Positions 49,269 to 61,697 of a stretch of DNA of 64,000 nt are shown piece after piece. Both the position numbers and the translations under genes were made by a program. This stretch comes from Paraspadella gotoi (lineage: Eukaryota > Animalia > Chaetognatha), in contig CM119267.1 of NCBI GenBank assembly GCA_051294375.1, forward strand, positions 13,966,710-14,030,709, in the 5' to 3' direction. The notes under the pieces were generated by a model, which was not told the DNA's origin, made no database searches, and worked only from the letters and a program-made list of their open reading frames with translations. The number at the start of each line of letters is the position of its first letter. The stretch's first letter is position 1.

Positions 49269-52200
49269 CGTGCAAGGTAGCGCTTGTCACGATTTTTCCT
49301 CGCGACGTTAGAAACTCGAGCGTGAGGAATTCCAAAACGTCGAGCATTTTTCTTTTTTCTTTCTTTTTTTCCCTTTTTTTTTTCGAGCATAAAACTCCAT
49401 CTATTCTCGTCGACGTGACAACAAAAACAAAATACAAACCAAAACAGTAACAACGACAACAACACCTTGAATAATTGCGACTTGGTGCCGAAAACCATTT
49501 TCGCTTTTTTTTTTCGGGAAATTTTTCTTAAGTAGTGAAGGGTCGTTTTGAAAAAGGAAACTCCTAGTATGGAAGTGTGGAAGTGATGGAAAGCGGTTAC
49601 GTTTGTAGGAAATTCGGAAAACAAGAAAGAAAGTTCCCGAATTCGTAAGAAGCAATCTTCACTGCATCAGTGCAACACACTCAAATATGGAAAAAGGCAA
49701 CAATAAAAAAGCCATCAACAGTCAACACGACGCCATAACTTTGTCGACCTTAGTCGCTTCCTCTCCTGACTTACCTCGTATATTGAAATAAAAATAAGAA
49801 AAAAAAAAACTAAACAAAAACAAACAAAAAGAGAAGAGTTTTGACCCTCTGCAAATTTAGTAGTAGGTATGTAGTAGGGTAGTAGAATAGGTAATACTAT
49901 TAAATTTGTATGAGAACTTAAAATTTTAAATTAAAAGTAAATTTGAACACATAGAATGAGATGTGAGATATTAGGAAGTTTAGACATGAAGGATGAAGAA
50001 ATGGAACGTTTCCCGATCCATCGAAATGTCTCGAAGCTAAAACAGTCTTGATTGGCTCGTTTCGCCCTTCAACTAGTTCGTCCTGTTCTAAGTCGCCATG
50101 CAACAGCGGGTAATCTCCCACCCTCCCTTACTGGCAAGGTTGCCACCACTCACTACCACCACTCTCCAGTCTCCACCAATCCCCGTTTCGAGGATTAACC
50201 CGCGGAACAGAGATGGCGATTTGTGCGAAGATGAAATTCCTTCGGACTGAAACGAGGAGAAAGCGTAGGAGAGGGAAGTTCCGCGGAGTGAGATCGAATT
50301 GAAGGGTGGAAATAAGGAAGTGGAATAAGGAATAAGTGAAATAAGGAAGTGGAATCCACCGAAGCGGGAGTGAAAAGGTTAAAGGTTAAATAGTGGCGGG
50401 CATGACTTTGGGTTCGGGTTCGAGTTAAGGCGGAACAGGTTGAAAACTAGATGTTCTATATGTATATATAATACATATATATATTTTTATATATATGTAT
50501 GATAAGTAGATTTTCTATATGTATATATAATACATATATATGCTTGGAGCGCAAAATTTTGAAATTTCTTAAAATCCGTCAGGTGGGCAATAAAGCAATT
50601 ATTCCTCCGGCATCTGTTCCTAGCGAATATAAAGAAAATTTTAGCCATATTCGAAGAGTTATGAGAGCCCTGAACTTCTGGACTAGAGAAAAGTTTACTG
50701 TATGTATTAAAGCGTAGCCAGCAATATTTAATATCAGTAAAATCACGAAACAGGCTGTAAAACATTTTTAAATCTAAAAATATTTTTTTAATTTTCACAT
50801 TAGGCCCTAGTACCTTCGCCTAGACAATGTTCAAAGTTTTAAATGTTTTTTTCTTATTTTTAAAAGTCTATAGTTATCAGAGATTCGAATTCATTTATAT
50901 AAAAGTGAAAATAACACATTTTTCGAAAATTTTCATTGAGTCAAAATCCTAAAAAAACTATTATAAATCAACCTAATAATTAAATTTTTAGTTGTAAAAA
51001 AAAGTTTTTGCAAACTTAATATGAAAAGAATTTTGAATAAAACTTATATTTTCTGTTACATCAACTTCTATGAGGAATGTCGTGTAGATAGACCAATGCT
51101 GCTTACCTCTCTTACCTAAAATCTGCTTTCCAAAAATAAAAAAAATTTTAAATTTGAACATTCTGTTGGTAGTTTAGTATAAGTTAGCTATAATGTTTTA
51201 TGTATAATATGCGGCTTAATGCAAATTGAGAAATTTTTTTAAAAAAATTTAATATAAATTTTCTTTAGTCTTTAGTTACTTTAGTTCTTTAGTTCATGAT
51301 CAACGTATGTATCGAATTATGATCTGCAAACTTTCACTACGCCTTAATATATATATATTGTTAAATAAAATTAAATGAAACAGTTTTCAGGATTTAACTT
51401 TAGTAAATGTATCTTATAGCTTAAGGCAAGCAAGTTTTTTTAAATCAACCAAGTTTTATATAAAATTACAATTTTATATAACTGTCAAACTTACAGAATA
51501 ATGATTATAATTTGTGAAAATAAAAAAAAATCAAAATTACCATTATTTCACTTTTTTATCTCTATCAGAATCCGGTTTTTCAAAATCAATAATTTATAAA
51601 TTATATTTAAATAAATAACAAATTATATCATAATTTGTTAATTTATTTATACCGATATTAAAAAAAAATAAATTATGCATTACAGTGTCAGGTACAAATG
51701 AATTGCTTAAAAATGTAAAATTATAAATCAATTTAGTATCAAATAACAAATAGTTTAATTAGAATAATTTTTTTATTGTAAAAAAAAAAACTCTTTCCTA
51801 ACAGAGCGAAGAGTTGACTAGTGTGAGATGAGTGAACAGGGTAAAATTAATTGGTGCCGTTTCTTCGTCGTTCGGGTCAAGTTGGATAAAAAGTCTAGAA
51901 ATCTCTGCGTGTGAAGCATCAACTTCCAAGCGAAAGGGAGTGATTTGAGGCAAATATAATTAAAAATATCAGTTGGAAGCTGAGTTGTTCTAAGGGTCTT
52001 TGAATTTCATGTATATGAATGACATTCGCGAAAGTCCTTATATTGCCCGTTATTTAAGCGTTTTTTTGTCCTTTTTGGTCCCGTACCTTTTTGTCACCGC
52101 GTGCGACGGCAGATTTTACGCTCGCTCGATAAATTTTACACTTCAAACGTAATAAAACCAAGTGAAAAACTGGCGAGCTATATGAATCACGTGATATTTT

Positions 52201-53093
52201 GAAAGACAGCAGGTGTAAAAAAAAGGTCGATAAATTACTGTGAAACGACTGAACGGTTGCAAATCTTCAGAAATGCGAAGAGAGAAAATCGTGATACGAG
52301 TTCGTTGCCAGTAGACTGAGATGATTTAGTAGACGTGACGTTCCGGACGCGAGCGACTCGGACGATTTCCCCCAATTTTTTTTTATCTTTCGTTTAAGAG
52401 AAAAAAAAAAACAACAAAAAACAAAAACCCGAAATTGACAAATAAAATTCTTTTATATTTTCCCCTTCGTTTTGCAGTACGAATATATTGAAAACCAAAC
52501 ATTGAAAACAACAATCCAAATTTTACGAACGTCGTTCTTTTTTCAAAATAAAAATAAAAACGAGACGAAGAAGAAAATAAAAAAAGAAAAATATTCCTTT
52601 TGTTTTCTTTGTATATTTGTTTTCTCTTTACTTTCTCGGGTTTATTTCTCCGCAAGTGAAAAAGAGAAAAAAATTTCCGTATAAGAAAATTAAAAGTACG
52701 TAAGAGGACGAACGACGAACGACGACGACGACGACAACCGACGTTTGAATAACGAAGCACGACCCGGCCTCTGAGGAGAAATAGAAAGATGACAAGGTGA
52801 AAGACCGACACATAAGCAGAGAGGGGTGAGGAGGAGGAGAGAGAGGAAGAGAGAGGAGACGGGTGAAGGGGAAGGAGGAGGAGGAGGATGCACGTGAAGG
52901 AGGAGGAATAAGAAAAAAGGGAGGTTCACTAAAGGAAAAAGGAGACGAGCGCTTTTTGGAAGCAGAAGCTAAGACAAGAAGAAAGAGAAAGAGAGAATGA
53001 GAGAGTCGAGAGAGAGAACTTTAGAAAGAGAAGATAGAAGGCTGAGACAGAAGGATGCAACGAGAGTAGGAGGCAGAAGAGAGAGAGAGAGAA

Positions 53094-53125
<32 letters not shown>

Positions 53126-54035
53126 CCTAACGAGAAAGAAGGATAAAATCTAGGACAATGAAGAGAAAATGCAAAGGAGAGTAAAAGGGAAGAGAGGAGA
53201 GAGAGAGGAATGAGAGATGAGAAGAGAAGAGAGGAGAGGAGAGAGTAGAGAAGAACTAAAGAAAGAAGGATAAATTAGGCAAGAGAAGAAATGCAAAGGA
53301 GAGTAAAGGAAAGGGAGAGAAGAGAAGATCAGAGAATGAGAAGAGAGGAGAGAGAGAGAGAGAAGCTAAAGAAAAAGATAGAAATTAAGGCAAATGAGAG
53401 AAATGCAAAAGGAGAGTAAAGGCGGAAAAAAGAGAGAGTGAGAGGAGAGGAGAGAGAGAGAGAGAGAGAGAGACTAAAGAAAGAAGGATATAATTTTAGA
53501 GGCAATGAGAGACATGATAGAGAGGAGAGAGAGAGAGAGAAGGAAACTAAAGCAGGAGGAAATTTAGGCAATGAGACAGAGCGAGACAGAGAGAGAGAAA
53601 ACACTGCAAAATGGCAAGAATCTGGGAAGTAACGAACCGCGAGAGATAAACAAGAAACTCAAAAGAAGGGTTTTCAATTCGCTGCCTCGCGACGAGGCGG
53701 AAAATCTTCTTGCACACAATGGAGGAGAAATGGAATGGGGAGGGAACGGCGGCGGGCGGCGGAGGCGGCGGCGGCGTTTTTTTTTTTGCGTTTTTTGAAA
53801 AGAAATCAGCATCGGAATGAATACATGAATTAAATGATTGAGGTCTAAGTTTTTTTTTTTCGTGCTTTGGAACGGACAGATGATGATTCTTAATTTCGGA
53901 GGGTGTATGAAAAATGCATGGTATACAAATTCAAAATGCTGGTTTAAATCAAAAGGTTTGATAATCAAAATCTACGAATTAATAACTCTCGTATCTTCTG
54001 GTCGTCTTTCAATTGCAGAAAAATAAAACGCCTTG

Positions 54036-54620
54036 AAACAAGTTTGAGCAAACAACGCCGGAATCTGCAAGCGGGCATTTAGCGTAGAGGCCAATCAGAT
54101 GATTAGTTAATATTAATCTGGCAATTTTTTGTGTTTTATTAAACAATTTACCGACAATATTAATAATTCTAACTTTTTTTTATGGTAGTTTGCTTTAATT
54201 TTCGTTTTTATGGAGCTGGTGGTGGTAGTTTTGATTTGAACTGTTTGGTTAATAATTGTTGTAGTTGTTGTTGCAACATAGCATTTTACATTTCAAAGGC
54301 CAAAACTAAATGTTAAGCGTAATTTTTTGTTTTTTCCACTTCAACCTGCATTTCCACTCAGAAGATTTTCATCGAAACATGATTTTCATCTAAAAGCACA
54401 AATGTTTCCCAGCCCTACAACAATATTTAAGGTCAACCGCACAATCGAACAAATGAGTAATTGGCGTTCAAAAGCTAAGAGGGGACCGGGACGGACGGAC
54501 GGATGGACATGTTTTTTTGTGAATAATTTATCATATTTGATGTTCGACTTGTCCGGCACGATATGGGGTGGGACCGACGGAACGAAAAAGTGATTATCGA
54601 CCCGGGATCCGGAATAAAAA
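54036..54620 (-). mobile_element. HINE/DINE-1-like element, family B, long copy
   Basis: Begins AAACAAGTTTGAGCAAACAACGCCGGA and ends (GGAC)n..GTGGGACCGACGGA..GGGATCCGGAATAAAAA. Shares both termini with 5764-6007 but has a longer, different interior. Confidence 0.65.
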
Positions 54621-55792
54621 TAACAATTTCTAAATTAACGTTATTAAGAAGTGTCCTGATACTAATTACTATATTGGCAGATGCCACTTTTTGCGGACTG
54701 TCTTCGACTTAACATTCCACCGACAGGAGAAATGGCAATCTTCATAATTTTTACGACTTCGGTCTCATCTCTATGCAAAGAGTCGAGAATGAGCGGAGAG
54801 TTCAAAGAACTTCAGCCTCATTCAGCCGAATATTTTTTTTTATTTTTTTTTTTTTTTTTGCGTTCGCGAAAAAGCAAATTTGGCAATCGATACGGATTTC
54901 GTAATCCGGATATGTTAAATGAGGTCGACTTGTTATTTCTGCGGCAAAAAAAACTTTTGGTGATCGCGTCATTCCCTTTGGTCACGAACATCTCGGACGC
55001 ATCGATTTTTCCGAGCATCGGAATTCCGGCCGTGAACAATGTTTTTATCTTATTGGTTTCATTAACTAGAAAAAAAAAATACATTTGTTGTTTTTATTAT
55101 AATCGCAGAAGAGCAACTATTTATGAAAATTATTACAACCAATATAATTTTTTTTCTTTCATTATATAACATTAAGCAACATAATCATATATTTTTTTAA
55201 GAATTAAGTTTTAAATCTTTGACAAACTGAAAATTAATTTCAGTTTTGGGGAGGAAAAAGGGAAAAAGAAGTCTCACATTGTTAACGATTTTTTTACCCA
55301 TAAAACTGGAGGAGAAGAACGTTAGCATTAAACCATAAGTGACTCAGGATTTCCTGCATCTAATTTGGTTGAAGCGTCAGACATCCTTCTCTCTTGCTAA
55401 TTTCCATGTTAAGAAAGTCTCTCTCTCTCTCTCTTTCTCTCTCTCTCCTTCTTCTTCTCTCTCTGTCTCTCTCTCTCCTCTCTCTCTCCTCCCACCTGTG
55501 ATTCAAAAGAAGTCGTTAATCGTTTCAACTTCGTCTCTCCAACGACAACGGACGAATGAAGACGAACCGACGATTAGTTTTTGTTTATTCTTATAAAAGT
55601 TTATATATATAATTTTGCGCTAAAAGTTATTAAATTGCAAAGCTTAACGGTTTAACATTTTGAAAAGACGTAGAAAGCAGAACAATGAATCGGCATGACC
55701 TCAAGAGAGCAAAAGAAGGACGATGATCTTAAAGTAAGAAAGAAGGGAGAGAGAGAGAGGAGAGGGAGAGAGAGAGAGAGAAGAAGAGGGAG

Positions 55793-55876
<84 letters not shown>

Positions 55877-56222
55877 CCGAATTAAAGAAAATATTTGAAA
55901 ACTTAATAACTAGTGAAAATAAAAAAAAAAAACTTTGTCCCTCGTCTAATGGGCCTCGATACCTCGATAGAGACTGGGTCTGTCCTCGCCTCTTCGTTGC
56001 CAGGGCAGTCACGTCTCTGTTTGTGCTTATTATGATTTTGAATCTTTGATGCAATCTCTTTGGCCACGAGGACGACGAGTATTTCCAGTCAGCGAAGCTG
56101 TCATCCTCTTTTTGATTATCACCGACTGATGTCGTTGTCCGCCAAATGGGATGGAACGCCGCTCATCCTCTTTGTTTGTTGTGGTTTAGATTGTTGTTGT
56201 TGTTGTCGGGAAATAGGGTCGA

Positions 56223-56586
56223 TTTTTAGTTGCGCCGCAGTACTCGCGGTCTTAACTCTAAATAAGTCGGGGACGGTCAGTCGGTATGTCATGTCCATCG
56301 GTTCTTGTCCAACTTTCGTTAAAATGCTAATAACTTGCATTATTGTTGGTTATTCATTTTTTTAAGACAGGAAAAACCTAAAAATCTAAGGGACTAACTA
56401 CGCCGCCTTCAGGAATCCTAAAACTATAAAGAATAAATGAGGAATTCCGATGCAGTGTGTGTCATAAATACACGGAAAAGAAAGTTATTGTCGTCATGTT
56501 GTCTTGTCTGGTCAACACATGTCCATGTTCACGAGAAATATATGTGATATATACGCCTAGTCACATTTGAATTACCGTTCTTGTTT
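56223..56586 (+). mobile_element. HINE/DINE-1-like element, family A, copy 2
   Basis: Starts TTTTTAGTTGCGCCGC, contains GTCY-type repeats and ends GAATTACCGTTCTTGTTT. Homologous to 9087-9491. It lacks the 3' GCGGCGCAAC subTIR seen in the 63004 copy. Confidence 0.65.
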
Positions 56587-57794
56587 CCTAACATCTTTCC
56601 GAATTTTACAACGACGACATATATATATTCCGTCGTAATGTGACTCTATCACGTCTTCATCTGACCTTGTACCGTAATCTCTTTTTCTTTTGTAATAGAT
56701 ATATAATAAAGTTAACAAAGACTCTTATTTTTTTCCGAGTTTGAGAAATTTCTTTGATTTTGGTTTTGAGCTTTGGGTTTATGATCACTTTTTGTTACTA
56801 ATGAGGTGTAATAATTACAAACAAATATATATACATTGTAATACTAGCGCGTAGCACGTTACAAGTAGAAGTAGTAGTATTAAGTCGTAACTAGTTAAAA
56901 GTTATTAACTAAGTTATTAGTTTAAAAATGTACATCCTGGATTTTTTTTGTTGATTTCCGCGGATTCCATATCTCACACCGCCATCGATCGTCGTCGACG
57001 TCGTCGTCGTTTTCATCGCGACCGTCGCTTTGTTCGGTCGTCATCCTCGTCCGGGCGCGTCCGTTTTGAGTTTTGTAAGCATTCGACTTTGAAGCATCTG
57101 GAAAGGTTTAACCTTGGGCCCTGGCGACGACGGACGACGACGCTGAATGCGACGATGAGAGACAGCCCCATGACGACGACGATATGCGAAGACGGCGACG
57201 ACGGCGATAACGACGACCGAAATGAAGATGAAAACTCGCGAGACCAGAGTCTTGAGAGTATGGAGAACAGAGAGCCGCGAAGGGAAGTGGGGGGTTGGTG
57301 AGGGAAGAGAGGGGGGGGAAGAGACGAGGGGGGAGGAGGGAATGAGAAGATTAAAGAAGAGAGTAGGAGAGGTGGAGGTGAGGAAAATAGGAAAATGGTG
57401 TTAAAGATGGGGGCAGAAGGGGTGGAGAGGAATAGAACGTGGGTAGGGAGGAAGGGAGTGTGAGAGTGTGGAGTGTGGAGTCCACAGTGTGGAGTGTGGA
57501 TGTGGAGTCCACAGTGTGGAGTGTGAGGGTAAAAGGAATAAGGGGGAAAGAGGATAAGGAGCTGGNNNNNNNNNNNNNNNNNNNNNNNNNATTTCGAAAT
57601 CTGTTTCAACTTAAAAAAAAATTTTAATTTGGACATTTTATGGTGAGTTTTGTTAATTATGGGATATGCAAATGAGAAAACAAGAAATTTTTTTAAAAAA
57701 TTTAATAATTAAATTTTCTTGCTTCTATTCTTTACGTTTTTAGGTTCATGATATCAACTATATTGAATTATTGATCTGCAACTTTCACTACTGC

Positions 57795-58542
57795 TGAGAG
57801 GCTGTTTTATACAGGGCGCCACACGCAGCGGAGTCACCCTCGTGGCGACGCGAGACAGCATGATTCAATGTAGTCCAGGAGCTTTGGATCTGGAAGTAGC
57901 CCATGCGCCTACAGGCGGTTACCCCTGTCAATCCACTTATCTACACATTGACTACTCAGGGCTCGACCAGGGCACTGCACATGGTGATGATGCCATTAGT
58001 CCACTGAAGCACTGAGGCGCTACGAAAAGAAACAGCTTTATATCCCATCTGTGGATGATAGTACCACCAGCAGCCGCCACCAGGACTCTCGCATTTATGA
58101 GAGTACGAAAGCAGGGATGAAAGGATGATCTCTTCTGGCTGATACCTTTCTTTCCATTCTGGTGGCCTTGCTATTGGTGGCAGCTGTGCTAGCTCAAAAC
58201 ACACACTCAAGGGCAGTGGGATATATCATGCCGGGTTGCGTGTTACGGGTATCACGTCGGGTTCACATTTGAAGAGCTGGAATTTACAGGGCGACCACAC
58301 CGCGCGGAAGTCACCTCGTAGGCGACAGCGAGACAGCTACTGTCATGTAAGATCCAGAGCTTATGGCATCCTGGCATTTAGGCCTGCCTACGGCGGGTTA
58401 CCCGGATCCATCCCACTTTTCTACATGACAACTCAAGGGTCGAACAGGAGCACATTGGGATGAGTGCACTTAAGGCACTGAGTCACTGGAGCGCTGCGAA
58501 AGAAACCAGCTTTATCCACTCTGTTGGTGATAGCCACCAAGA
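57795..58542 (-). mobile_element. Miniature non-autonomous LTR retrotransposon (TRIM-like), tRNA-Trp primed
   Basis: Direct repeats at 57795-58072 and 58270-58542 (about 275 bp; start TGA(A)GAG, end CACCAGCA/CACCAAGA) flank a 197-bp internal region. The minus strand reads TGTGAACCCGACGTGAT (58267-58251) 2 nt after the LTR, versus the canonical Trp PBS TGGTGACCCCGACGTGAT. A G-rich GGTGGCGGC precedes the other LTR. Flanks are AC(t)GC and ACGC, and the empty site at 51339-51342 in the sister copy has a single ACGC. Confidence 0.85.
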
Positions 58543-60839
58543 ACGCCTTAATATATATGATATGTTAAATAAAATTAAATGAAACAGTTTTCAGGATTTA
58601 ACTTTAGTAGATGTATCTTATAGCTTAAGGCAAGCGAGTTTTTTTAAATCAACCAAGTTTTATATAAAATTACAATTTATATATAACTGTCAAACTTACA
58701 GAATAATGATTATAATTTGTGAAAATAAAAAAAAATCAAAATTACCATTATTTCACTTTTTTATCCTATCAGAATCCGGTTTTTCAAAATCAATAATTTA
58801 TAAATTATATTTAAATAAATAACAAATTATATCATAATTATGTTAATTTATTATATACCTATTAAAAAAAAATAAATTATGCTAATTAACCGTGAGTACA
58901 AATGAATTGCTTAAAAATGTAAAATTATAAATCAATTTAGTATCAAATAACAAAATAGTTTAATTAGATAATTTTTTTATTGTAAAAAAAAAAACTCTTT
59001 CCTAACAGAGGAAGAGTGACAGTGAGAGAGTTGAACCAGGGTAAAATAATTTGGTGGCGTTTCGTCGTTGGGCTCAAGTGATAAAAATCTAGAAATCTCT
59101 GCGTGTGAAGGCATCACTTCCAAGCGGAAGGCGAGTGATTGGAGCAATATATTAAAATATCGAGTTGGAAGGCTGAGTTGTTCTAAGGGTTTTGAATTTC
59201 ATGATATTGAATGACATTTCCGAAAGTCCTTATATTGCCGTATTTAAGCGTTTTTTGTCCCTTTTGGTCCCCGTACCTTTTTGTCACCGCGTGCGACGGC
59301 AGATTTTACGCTCGCTCGATAAAATTTTACTTCAAACGTAATAAAACCAAGTGAAAACTGCGAGTAATAATCACGTGGATATTTTGAAAGACAGCAGGTG
59401 TAAAAAAAAGGTCGGATAAATTGCTGTGAAACGACTGAACGTCTGAAATCTTCAGAAATGCGAAGAGAGAAAATCGTGATACCGAGTTACGCTGGCGTAG
59501 ACTGAGATGATTACGTAGCGTGACGTATCGTGACGCAGCGACTCGGGACGATTTCCCCCAATTTTTTTTTATCTTTCGTTTAGAGAAAAAAAAAACAAAA
59601 CAAAAAACAAAAACCGAAAATTGGAAAAAAAAATTCTTTTTTTCCCTTCGTTTTTGCGACGATATTGAAAACAAACATTGAAAACAAACATCCAAATTTT
59701 ACGACGTCGTCTTTTTTCAAAATAAAAATAAAACGAGACGAAAGAAAATAAAAAAGAAAAAATATTCCTTTTGTTTTCTTTTATATTTTTTTCTCTTTCT
59801 TTCTCGGGTTTATTTCTCCGTCGTGAAAAGAGAAAAATTTCCGTATAAAGAAAATAAAAGTCGAAGAGGACGACGACGACGACGACGACGACGACAACGA
59901 CGTTTGATAACGAAGACGACCGGCCTGAAGGAGAAATAGAGGAACAAGTGAAAAGACCGACACTAGAGCGAGAGGAGGAGGAGGAGGAGGAGGAGGATAA
60001 GAAAAAAGCGAAAGAGGTTAGCCTAAGAAAAAAAAAAAAGTGAGAATTCAGGATCAAAAGAACTTTTTGAAAGCGAGAGACGAGACAGAAGGAGCACGAG
60101 AGAGGAGCAGAAAGAGAGAAGAGGGAGAAGGACGAGAGAGAGAGAGAGAGAGAGACCTAACGTAGAAAGACAGTGATAGAATCTAGAGACAATGAGAGAA
60201 ATGCAAAGGAGAGGTAAAAGGGAAAGAGATGGAGAGAAGAGAGAGAAAGATGAGAGATGACACGAAGAGAAGAGAGGAGAGGAGAGGATGTAGAGAAGAG
60301 ACTAAAGATAAGAAGGATAATTTAGGGCAAGAGAGAAATGACAAAGGAGCAGTAAAAGGTGGAGAAGAGAGATCAGAGAATGAGAAGAGAGGAGAGAGAG
60401 AGAGGACTAAAGAAAAAGATAGAAATTTTAAGGCAAATGATCTCTCTCTNNNNNNNNNNNNNNNNNNNNNNNNNNNNNNNNNNNNNNNNNNNNNNNNNNN
60501 NNNNNNNNNNNNNNNNNNNNNNNNNNNNNNNNNNNNNNNNNNNNNNNNNNNNNNNNNNNNNNNNNNNNNNNNNNNNNNNNNNNNNNNNNNNNNNNNNNNN
60601 NNNNNNNNNNNNNNNNNNNNGAGAGAGAGAGAGAGAGAGAGAGAAGAAACTAAAGCAAGGAGGAAATTTAGGCAATGAGACAGCGAGACAGAGAGAGAGA
60701 AAACACTCAAAATGGAAGAAATCTGGGAAGTAACGAACCGCGAGAGATAAACAAGAAACTCAAACGAGGGTTTTCATTCGCGCCTCGCGACCGAGGCGGA
60801 AATCTTCTTGCAACATGGAGGAGATGGAATGGGGAGGGG

Positions 60840-60872
<33 letters not shown>

Positions 60873-61127
60873 TTTTTTTTTTTCGTTTTTTGAAAGAAAA
60901 TCAGCATCGGATGAATACAAATGAATTCAAATGATTGAGGTCTAAGTTTTTTTTTTCGCGCTTTGGAACCGGACAGATGATGGATTCTAATTTCGGAGGG
61001 TGTAATGAAAAATGCATGGTATAAATTCAAAATGCTGGTTTAATCAAAGGTTTTGATAATCAAAATCTCGAATAATAACTCTCGTATCTTCTGGTCGTCT
61101 TTCAATTGCAGAAAATAAAACGCCTTG

Positions 61128-61697
61128 AAACAAGTTTGAGCAAACAACGCCGGATCTGCAAGCGGGCATTTAGCGGTAAACGGCCAATCAGATGATTAGT
61201 TAATATTAATCTTGCAATTTTTGTGTTTTATTTAAACAATTTACCGACAATATTAATAATTCTACTTTTTTTTATGGTAGTTGCTTTAATTTTCGTTTTT
61301 ATGGGAGCTGTGGTGGTAGTTTTGATTGAACTGTTTGTTATAATTGTTGTAGTTGTTGTTGCAACATGCATTTACATTTCAAGGCCAAAACTAAATAGTT
61401 AAGCGTAATTTTTGTTTTTTCCACTTCAACTCATTTCCACTCAGAAGATTTCATCGAAACATGATTTTCATCTAAATCACATGTTTCCCAGCCCACCAAC
61501 AATATTTAAGGTCAACCGCACAATCGACAAATGAGTAATTGGCGTTCAAAGCTAAGAGGGGACGGACGGACGGACGGATGGACATGTTTTTTTGTGAATA
61601 ATTTATCATAATTTGATGTTCTGACTGTCCGGCACGATATGGGGTGGGACCGACGGACCGACAAAGTGAATTATCGACCCGGGATCCGGATAAAAAA
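61128..61697 (-). mobile_element. HINE/DINE-1-like element, family B (duplicate of 54036-54620)
   Basis: Same sequence and flanks as 54036-54620 within the segmental duplicate. Confidence 0.65.

Larger units (their letters stand above)
51115..57565 (+). repeat. Copy 1 of an approximately 6.4-kb direct duplication
   Basis: Collinear with 57591-64000 (e.g. 52081 vs 59271, 54681 vs 61754, 56981 vs 63770). Differences are mostly 1-nt indels plus the 748-bp LTR element. Confidence 0.9.

Noticed and set aside
54681-55169. 162-aa ORF in the duplicated segment
   Set aside because: The frame is not preserved in the second copy (61748-62140), it crosses T homopolymers and shows no recognisable domain.
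58234-58267. tRNA-Trp gene
   Set aside because: Only the 3' third matches, the D and anticodon arms are absent upstream, and the match abuts an LTR, as expected for a primer-binding site.
58135-58272. Signal-peptide-like reading LADTFLSILVALLLVAAVLAQ in the element interior
   Set aside because: No in-frame start upstream of the hydrophobic stretch, very short, antisense to the element and in noisy sequence.
58455-58490. Hammerhead ribozyme in the LTR (retrozyme): GATGA-GTGC..GCAC-TGAG, echoed at about 57983-58010
   Set aside because: Neither copy has the required CTGANGA and GAAA cores, and it lies on the strand opposite to the PBS-defined transcript. Worth rechecking only on a clean consensus.
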